The translations under genes and the position numbers were made by a program. Positions 57,781 to 64,000 of a DNA stretch of 64,000 nucleotides are shown piece after piece (the first letter of the stretch is position 1; the number at the start of each line of letters is the position of its first letter). This DNA is from Candidatus Peregrinibacteria bacterium (GTDB lineage: Bacteria; Patescibacteriota; Gracilibacteria; UBA1369; JABINC01): contig JAUYJN010000029.1 of the NCBI GenBank assembly GCA_030700255.1, forward strand, positions 6,589 to 70,588. The letters are read 5' to 3'. The notes beneath the pieces are model-generated. The model was not told where the DNA came from, did not search any database, and saw nothing but the letters and a program-made list of their open reading frames with translations.

Positions 57781-60087
57781 CTACTGGCTCTCGATAACTC
57801 TCCAGATAGCTTCAGCAACCTTTCCACGATCCATCGGTTCAGTTGGATTAAATCTGTTATCTGTTAACTCCATAATTTCGTTGTCAATTAAGAACTCAAC
57901 GTATGGATAGAACCAATCACTTGGTCTAACGTCAGATCCTATAATTGGTGAATCAGGTGCAACTGTCATATCCATGTCTATAGCGAGGCCAAGCACTAAC
58001 ATTTTGGCGAATTCAGCCTTGTTTACGGTCTGAGATGGTTTGAAAGTGCCATCCGGGTAACCTTTTACCACTCCTTCGTTAATAGCATGAGCAACGTATG
58101 GTGCATACCATTGATCAGGGAATAAATCAGCCAGCATGAATTTTAATGACTCAGCGTCCGGCACAACTGCTTCAAGCCCTGCAAATATAAGTTTCAAAGC
58201 TTCTACACGAGACACACCTTTTTCCGGTTTAAATGTTCCATCAGGATATCCTGAGATAACATTACGTTGTTTGAGATGTCTAATCGCTTCGTAGTTTTCA
58301 TGATTCTGAGATAAATCGGAGAAGAGTGGAGCGCCGCTCTTGAGCGGCGCACTCGTTCCTTTGATAAAGGAATGAGCCACACTTACAACTATATCTTTTT
58401 CAGCTTTAGGAGTTACTTCCATATGAGCGATGCCTTCACTGAAATCATCAATTTGCAGAACATTTTTACTAATAGTTCCTTCCCCTTGAACCAAAGTCAC
58501 CTTAACCTCACCAAAAATCGTATAAGAAGTACGGTCTCCATTTTTATCAACAGGAATTATTGTCAAAGTCTCAGGTACCCCAACGCTAAACAGTCCATCA
58601 TGCTCAACACTAAATCCATTAATATCTTTCATATCATCACGTACTGTAACTAAATTTGATTCATATATACTATCTGAGAAAGGTATTCGAAGTTTAAAAT
58701 CCCCTGCTTTTTCAGCTTCTGCCATAATGAGAGTTTTACCATTTTCAAATGAAGAACGGTCTATAGTTTGAGTTCTCAAAGATGCAATACTGGAATCGGT
58801 AGAGGAAAGTATGATCGCTCCGGCAAAAAAAGGATCTTCTACAATTTCACCTGAATTATCTTTGATAGATATTTCAAATTCCATTAGATTTCCTACTAAA
58901 TATGTGTCTTTGGAAGATATCTCAAGAGAGTAGTTAGGTTTTGTAGGTACTACAGTATTATCAGCAATTACATCCGGCACCTCTGTGATAACCGGTACTT
59001 CAGGAGCGATTACATCTGGCACCTCTGTGACAACCGGCACTTCAGGAGTGATCACATCTGGTACTACATCATCAACCTTCGGTTCAACAACAGGCTCAGT
59101 TACGACAGGCTCATCCACCAAATCTTCTGTTATCACCTGATCAACACTTGAAGTGATAACCCCTGTATCTGCAACAAGATTAGATTGTACAAATGACATA
59201 GGATTAAGTGTGTACTTAATAGCATTTTCCTGACCTATACCTTGATTGATAGCATCAAAGAAGGTAAGTCCCTGAGATGCATAATCATTGTAAGTAAAAG
59301 GCCAATAAGGATGCCATAGGGCGCTATCTCCAATCCCATCATTCGTACCACCTTTGTCAAGTTGGAAATGCAAATGAGGTGTCGTAGACGTACCTGTGGT
59401 TCCCACCTTACCAACTACTTCACCACGTGAAACAACCTGACCTTGTTTAACAAGAATCTCACTCATATGATTGTAAGATGAAAATACGGTTTGCTTACCA
59501 CCATCAACCATTGGAACGTTGATATGTTTTACAACTACATGTAACCCGAAACCATAAGCTTCATCCGCAACCTTTGTCACAACTCCATTTGCAATACTAT
59601 GAACAGGAGTTCCGATAGGGGCTTTGATATCGATAGCAGGATGACTACCGGCATATTCAACACCATCTAATTCATAATTACCCAAATATGCAACAGAATA
59701 AGTTATTTTTGCATCTCTAACAGAATTTTCTTCATCAGAATACCCAAGAGTGCTCAATGACGCTTGCAGTGTACTAGGATTATATCTCGGCATTTGCTGC
59801 ATTTTGCTTTGAGGAATATTATTATATGTTTCTCTGTATTCAGCCGTTGTAAGCTCATGCCACTTTGGAGTCAAAGCCAGAGGGTAAACCGTACCATCAA
59901 AATCTTTTGGCATCTCAAGTGTAAGGACTGAAGTTTGCAATCCAAGTTGAGTATATTGCACTCCGGCGACGGAAGCCGCCAATATACTTAAAATCAAAAC
60001 CCACGAAAAAGTATGTTTCGAACTCTTCAAATCAAAATGAAGTTGTCGTAGATGACCTAGAAGATAATCGATGAATCCTTTGAACAT
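57781..60087 (-). CDS. M23 (LytM-type) peptidoglycan endopeptidase with a PEV-rich linker and three C-terminal SLH domains
   Basis: HPAIDI...GLHVVVKH...GTTGTSTTPHLHFQL M23 motifs; SLH repeats such as FSDLSQNHENYEAIRHLKQRNVISGYPDGTFKPEKGVSRVEALKLIF. Confidence 0.88.
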   Translation of the reverse strand: MFKGFIDYLLGHLRQLHFDLKSSKHTFSWVLILSILAASVAGVQYTQLGLQTSVLTLEMPKDFDGTVYPLALTPKWHELTTAEYRETYNNIPQSKMQQMPRYNPSTLQASLSTLGYSDEENSVRDAKITYSVAYLGNYELDGVEYAGSHPAIDIKAPIGTPVHSIANGVVTKVADEAYGFGLHVVVKHINVPMVDGGKQTVFSSYNHMSEILVKQGQVVSRGEVVGKVGTTGTSTTPHLHFQLDKGGTNDGIGDSALWHPYWPFTYNDYASQGLTFFDAINQGIGQENAIKYTLNPMSFVQSNLVADTGVITSSVDQVITEDLVDEPVVTEPVVEPKVDDVVPDVITPEVPVVTEVPDVIAPEVPVITEVPDVIADNTVVPTKPNYSLEISSKDTYLVGNLMEFEISIKDNSGEIVEDPFFAGAIILSSTDSSIASLRTQTIDRSSFENGKTLIMAEAEKAGDFKLRIPFSDSIYESNLVTVRDDMKDINGFSVEHDGLFSVGVPETLTIIPVDKNGDRTSYTIFGEVKVTLVQGEGTISKNVLQIDDFSEGIAHMEVTPKAEKDIVVSVAHSFIKGTSAPLKSGAPLFSDLSQNHENYEAIRHLKQRNVISGYPDGTFKPEKGVSRVEALKLIFAGLEAVVPDAESLKFMLADLFPDQWYAPYVAHAINEGVVKGYPDGTFKPSQTVNKAEFAKMLVLGLAIDMDMTVAPDSPIIGSDVRPSDWFYPYVEFLIDNEIMELTDNRFNPTEPMDRGKVAEAIWRVIESQ
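58967..59064 (-). repeat. about 2.3 copies of a 42-bp tandem coding repeat (linker PEVPV[VI]TEVPDVI[AT])
   Basis: Units at 58967-59008 and 59009-59050 plus a partial third copy, with a few substitutions. Confidence 0.85.
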
Positions 60088-60122
60088 ATGTAAGTATTAA
60101 ATTAATATAATATACCATATTC

Positions 60123-61658
60123 TTATGAAAATAACAATTCTCTAGTTTCAGAAGTTAAAACTCCGGCATCAGTATCGGATGGATCTGAGATCAACTCATA
60201 ATCAAGCTGGAAAGCAATCAAGGCATCTTTGGTTTTTTCACCAAAATACGTAGTTAAAAAACCGGAATTAAAATATCCACGATTTCTAAGCTCTGACTGC
60301 AATGATTTTACCTCAGAACCTCTTGAACCAAATGCGAGCGCCGATACAGCTTCTTCGATTATAATATCTTCAACTGCTTTAAGATCTTCAATTTCAATAA
60401 TTTCAGCAGAATCATCAATACTAAGGACTTCCTCTTTGGTCTCAACGACTTCATCTGTAGAAGCCAATAGGACAACAGCTTGTGTATCATCTCTTTTTGA
60501 GGCAAGCATACCCTTGGTTTCAATTCTTTTATCAAACAAAGCATTTAAAGTTGAACGTGTACGCCGTCCAACAACGCCAGCTCCCTGTGACTCCTTCGTC
60601 GCAATAATACCCGTTTTCATCTGAAAATGCTTAACTGCATTCTCTGTAACCTCACCATAGAAACCACTAACTTCTGTACGCAAATAACCAAGTGTAATCA
60701 AATCTTTTTGTAATTCTCTAACGTCTTCACCTTTTGATCCCAAATATAAATCATCTGTATAAACAGTGAATTCCTCCTTCAAATCATCATATTTTTGTAT
60801 TTTCTCAAGATAAGCGGTTTGATTCACATATTCACCTTTTTCTAAAAGTTCTTTGGCTTTTTCTATTGTGATTCTAGTTTGCGGTCCAAAATGCCCGGAA
60901 CCTAATTCCGACCAATCATATACAAGGTCATTATCACGTTGAAAATAATATACTGCTTGAGCTGTCGCATCATTATAAGTCCCATCTATATCTTCAAAGA
61001 AATAACCCAAATCTGCCAACAGCTGTTGCATTTCTGCTACTTTCTCTGAGTTTTGACCAAACCAAAGATCAGTTGGAAATAACTTAGCGACGGTTCCCCC
61101 AATATATTGGGGGACATTTTCTTTCCAATACTTAACAAGTGCAAGTTCATTTTCATCCCATCCGGAAAATCCTGCAGTAATTAAAAGCTCAGGTCTAGCT
61201 CCATAAACTGTTGCTAGAACTGTACGTTTGCCCCATAAAAGAGCTCTACGTAAGCCGGCATCACCGGCTCCCATCCAGACATCCAGCCTATCGTGCTCTT
61301 GACCGAGCTCTCCCGCATGAACTATCGCACCTCCACGATCTTGAATTTCAGAAATACCAATCCCCGGGATATCTATTTTAAATCCAAAAGGATAAGACTT
61401 AGGTGCGGCAAGCATACCGGGGAAAACCTCAGCACCACTGGCACCATTAGTTCCATTACCATTCAAACGTGTATCTCCATAATATGATCCGGTTACATAA
61501 TGATCCTGATCGGGTAGGGGAGAGTAATATGCAGTCGTGATAAAAGTTTGCTTATAGGGCATCATTATATCAGTGGCGTCAGCGAAGCTGACGCTTACAT
61601 GAAATAAAGTTGCAAATAGCACTGTTACAGTAAGTAGAGTATTAAAACGTTTAAACAT
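60123..61658 (-). CDS. secreted 3D-domain protein with three PG_binding_1 repeats
   Basis: Signal peptide from ATG 61658; 3D-like TTAYYSP...GDTRLNGNGTNGASG...DRGGAI...LDVWMG; repeats of LQxxLxxLGY...G.Y...T..AV..FQ. Confidence 0.8.
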   Translation of the reverse strand: MFKRFNTLLTVTVLFATLFHVSVSFADATDIMMPYKQTFITTAYYSPLPDQDHYVTGSYYGDTRLNGNGTNGASGAEVFPGMLAAPKSYPFGFKIDIPGIGISEIQDRGGAIVHAGELGQEHDRLDVWMGAGDAGLRRALLWGKRTVLATVYGARPELLITAGFSGWDENELALVKYWKENVPQYIGGTVAKLFPTDLWFGQNSEKVAEMQQLLADLGYFFEDIDGTYNDATAQAVYYFQRDNDLVYDWSELGSGHFGPQTRITIEKAKELLEKGEYVNQTAYLEKIQKYDDLKEEFTVYTDDLYLGSKGEDVRELQKDLITLGYLRTEVSGFYGEVTENAVKHFQMKTGIIATKESQGAGVVGRRTRSTLNALFDKRIETKGMLASKRDDTQAVVLLASTDEVVETKEEVLSIDDSAEIIEIEDLKAVEDIIIEEAVSALAFGSRGSEVKSLQSELRNRGYFNSGFLTTYFGEKTKDALIAFQLDYELISDPSDTDAGVLTSETRELLFS

Positions 61659-61746
61659 AAATATTTTTATTAAATCCGATAAGTATACCAAAAAAACCTC
61701 TTTAAAAAAAGTGTCTTAAGGTAAGGTCGACTTGACGACTTAACAA

Positions 61747-64000
61747 TTACTCTCCTTGAACCTTTTTCATTGCAGCAGCTGCCTGCTCATCCGGAGGTAC
61801 AAGCCCTATACGACGTATGATTTGACGACTTACGAAATCACGATCACGTCCATATTTCAAACGAGAAAGTTGCTTGATCGCTTCACCCATTTTCTTATCG
61901 CCCTCTTCAAGATATGGATTTGTAGGAATAATAGAAAAAGGTTTACTTGGCTGAGTATCGATAGATAGCTTCATCACAGCTTTATATTTATCCATATTTA
62001 CAAGATCTTGTTCAGAGAACACAGGGGCCATTTCTTTTGCCATGTACTCAGCGTCGGTTGCACCAATCTTGTAACACATTATCGAACCAACGTTACCAAA
62101 TACTGCATCCTTGATATTTACTCCCCCTCCTTTCCTACCGCCGCCACCGGCATTTGGATCGATCTGTGCTATATACTGATGTGCCAAATTTAGCCCAAGA
62201 CGGTACTTACGAGCCTCAGAAAGAATAGATTCTATACTATCTGTTACATAGTTCTGGAACTCATCAATATATAGGAAGAATGGACAGCGATCTTCTTGCG
62301 CAACTTTCTGTCTTTGCATAGCTGCCATCTGGATCTTTGATGTAATGATAAGTCCAAGAAGCTTTGAGTTGATATCTCCGGTTTCACCTTTTGAAAGATT
62401 CATAAGAAGAATCTTGCCGTCTTGCATAACTTTACCAAAATCAAACGAAGATTTGGTCTGCCCGATAATATTACGCATCATCGCATTTGTAATAAATTGA
62501 CCGAACTTTGCAGCAAAGTAAGGAATCATCTCAGCCTTTTCACGAGCACCGGTTTTGGCCATTTGTTCAGTCCAGAAAGATTTTACAATCGGATTCGAAA
62601 CTCTTTTCACTTTATATGCTTGAAACGCATCGTCAGTAAAGAGCCTTACAATATCGGTTAAAGCTCCACCTTCTTTTTTATCAGCCATAAGGGTCAAACA
62701 ACCATTTCGGAAATAATCCTGAATACGAGGACCGAATACCTCTTCATCGAACATCTTAATCATGATATTCATAGCTTCAAGTGCAACTAAGTCCATCTCA
62801 GCCTCAGAGCCGGCTTCGAGTAAATTTAATCCCATAGGACGCTCAAGATCAGATGGATTAAAATAAATCACATCATCGGCACGTTCCCTCGGCACAAATG
62901 GTAAAACACTTTCAACAAGATCACCATGTGGATCGATAACACATATACCGTTTCCAGCTTTCAAATCCTGACGAATCATAACTTGAAAAATAGAAGACTT
63001 ACCGGTACCTGTCTGCCCAATAACATAGAAATGTCTAAATCTATCTAGATGCTTCATATATACAGGGGTACGCGTCCCACGGTAGACATTCTCACCAAGC
63101 AAAATACCTTCTTTTGGTGCATTATTAGGGAGTGGGGCGATTTTATAATTCATCCAATTAATAGTAGGGGAGGTGTTGTATCGTACATCTGGGATATGAA
63201 AAAGACTTGCTACTTCATTCGGAGTAAGAATCATCTGTTTTGGAGCGGTAAGCCTTTCAGTCCAAGTACGCTTCATATTTCGAAAAATGAAATTAACAAG
63301 AAAACTCTTCAAAGAAAAGTATCTAACCTTCACAAGTCCATTACAATTACCCATTGAGAATTGAGCAAAAGCACCATAAAGACTATTTAACAAAATATTA
63401 GCACGTCTCTTGGTCGGGGCTGCCGTAATAAGTCTAATCACAGTCTCAAATCCAGGAGCGCCACATTTTTCTTCAATAGATTTCACCTGTTCATCAGTAA
63501 GCGGAGTACTGCGTCCACCTTGGTCCGCCGCAGCCTCTGCAAGTTCTTCAGCTTTCTCACCGCGCACCAATATATTCAAAAGCCCACTCAACCATCTAAA
63601 TGGATTTAAATAATAAATAAACCCATTGCCACCATCTTTGCCAGAGAACATTTCCTTCGCATGCTCTTGCCCCTTTTTCTGCCACCATTCTTGAATAGTA
63701 GGTCGAAGCATAATCTGAATTGCAGCACCCTCATCTTCCTCAAATTTAGACATTACATTAATAATACTATTTAGAGGGTCAGAAGGCATAACCTGGTAAT
63801 GCTTTATAGGAAGCCATGTTGCACTTGGCCTAGTCAACTGTAGTGGTCTACCGGCGACCTTTGCACCAGGGTGGAAAATATTATAATCCTCAACTCGTTC
63901 CAAAAAACAATCTGGGAAAAAACCTGTGATTTGTTTTTCCACCATATCGATAAGCTCATTCGGACAAACTATATAAAAATTAATGAGCTTCTCTTGTACA
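61747..64000 (-). CDS. VirD4/TraG-VirB4-like P-loop ATPase (type IV secretion / DNA-translocation type), 5' end outside the window
   Basis: Walker A GQTGTGKSS, VIDPHGDL, Walker B FFLYIDEFQNY, RKYRLGLNLAHQY; the frame stays open upstream of the track's ATG (63945) to the window edge (...VQEKLINFYIVCPNELID-M). Confidence 0.75.
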   Translation of the reverse strand, partial: VQEKLINFYIVCPNELIDMVEKQITGFFPDCFLERVEDYNIFHPGAKVAGRPLQLTRPSATWLPIKHYQVMPSDPLNSIINVMSKFEEDEGAAIQIMLRPTIQEWWQKKGQEHAKEMFSGKDGGNGFIYYLNPFRWLSGLLNILVRGEKAEELAEAAADQGGRSTPLTDEQVKSIEEKCGAPGFETVIRLITAAPTKRRANILLNSLYGAFAQFSMGNCNGLVKVRYFSLKSFLVNFIFRNMKRTWTERLTAPKQMILTPNEVASLFHIPDVRYNTSPTINWMNYKIAPLPNNAPKEGILLGENVYRGTRTPVYMKHLDRFRHFYVIGQTGTGKSSIFQVMIRQDLKAGNGICVIDPHGDLVESVLPFVPRERADDVIYFNPSDLERPMGLNLLEAGSEAEMDLVALEAMNIMIKMFDEEVFGPRIQDYFRNGCLTLMADKKEGGALTDIVRLFTDDAFQAYKVKRVSNPIVKSFWTEQMAKTGAREKAEMIPYFAAKFGQFITNAMMRNIIGQTKSSFDFGKVMQDGKILLMNLSKGETGDINSKLLGLIITSKIQMAAMQRQKVAQEDRCPFFLYIDEFQNYVTDSIESILSEARKYRLGLNLAHQYIAQIDPNAGGGGRKGGGVNIKDAVFGNVGSIMCYKIGATDAEYMAKEMAPVFSEQDLVNMDKYKAVMKLSIDTQPSKPFSIIPTNPYLEEGDKKMGEAIKQLSRLKYGRDRDFVSRQIIRRIGLVPPDEQAAAAMKKVQGE

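Noticed and set aside
1-64000. Alternative genetic code (UGA recoding, as in some CPR lineages)
   Set aside because: Multi-kb ORFs are intact under the standard code. Recognisable genes (for example the AbiEii gene, with TGA at 3670-3672) end at TGA with normal product lengths.
1-64000. CRISPR arrays, rRNA genes, transposases or integrases
   Set aside because: No spaced direct-repeat array, no rRNA-like conserved stretches and no DDE or tyrosine/serine recombinase motifs were seen in any listed ORF.

Overview
This is a low-GC, densely coded bacterial chromosome segment that reads cleanly with the standard code. The gene content suggests a small-genome, walled, Patescibacteria/CPR-like organism; this is inference, with no database search possible. 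The supporting content is stand-alone rpmA and rplS, DUF222/HNH paralogs, a DUF3494-LPXTG protein with its sortase, SLH-anchored proteins, a CPBP protease and many orphan envelope proteins. Housekeeping genes recognised: rpmA, tig, rplS, rnhB, rmlD-type reductase, infB, rpsA, clpC, ruvB, a UvrD-type helicase-nuclease, a PfkB kinase and tRNA-Arg(UCU). Accessory content: an AbiEii/AbiEi pair, a Fic protein, a RelE/ParE-like pair, a 2Fe-2S ferredoxin and an M34-like metallopeptidase. There is also a cell-envelope neighbourhood (47-62 kb) that ends in a VirD4/VirB4-like ATPase cut by the window edge. The standout region is 8.6-26.9 kb. There, seven genes in three transcription units encode 5,981 aa, including proteins of 2069, 1537, 1043 and 772 aa. 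The only module I recognise in them is an SLT lytic transglycosylase that has no signal peptide. Within this cluster I see two things. A paralogous module is shared by the 772-aa and 2069-aa proteins. A position-conserved N-terminal motif is shared by the SLT protein and a 199-aa protein. I read the cluster as a candidate undescribed envelope-spanning, cell-contact or export system. A CIRCE-like operator sits on a near-consensus promoter upstream of clpC. No CRISPR array, rRNA or integrase/transposase was seen.
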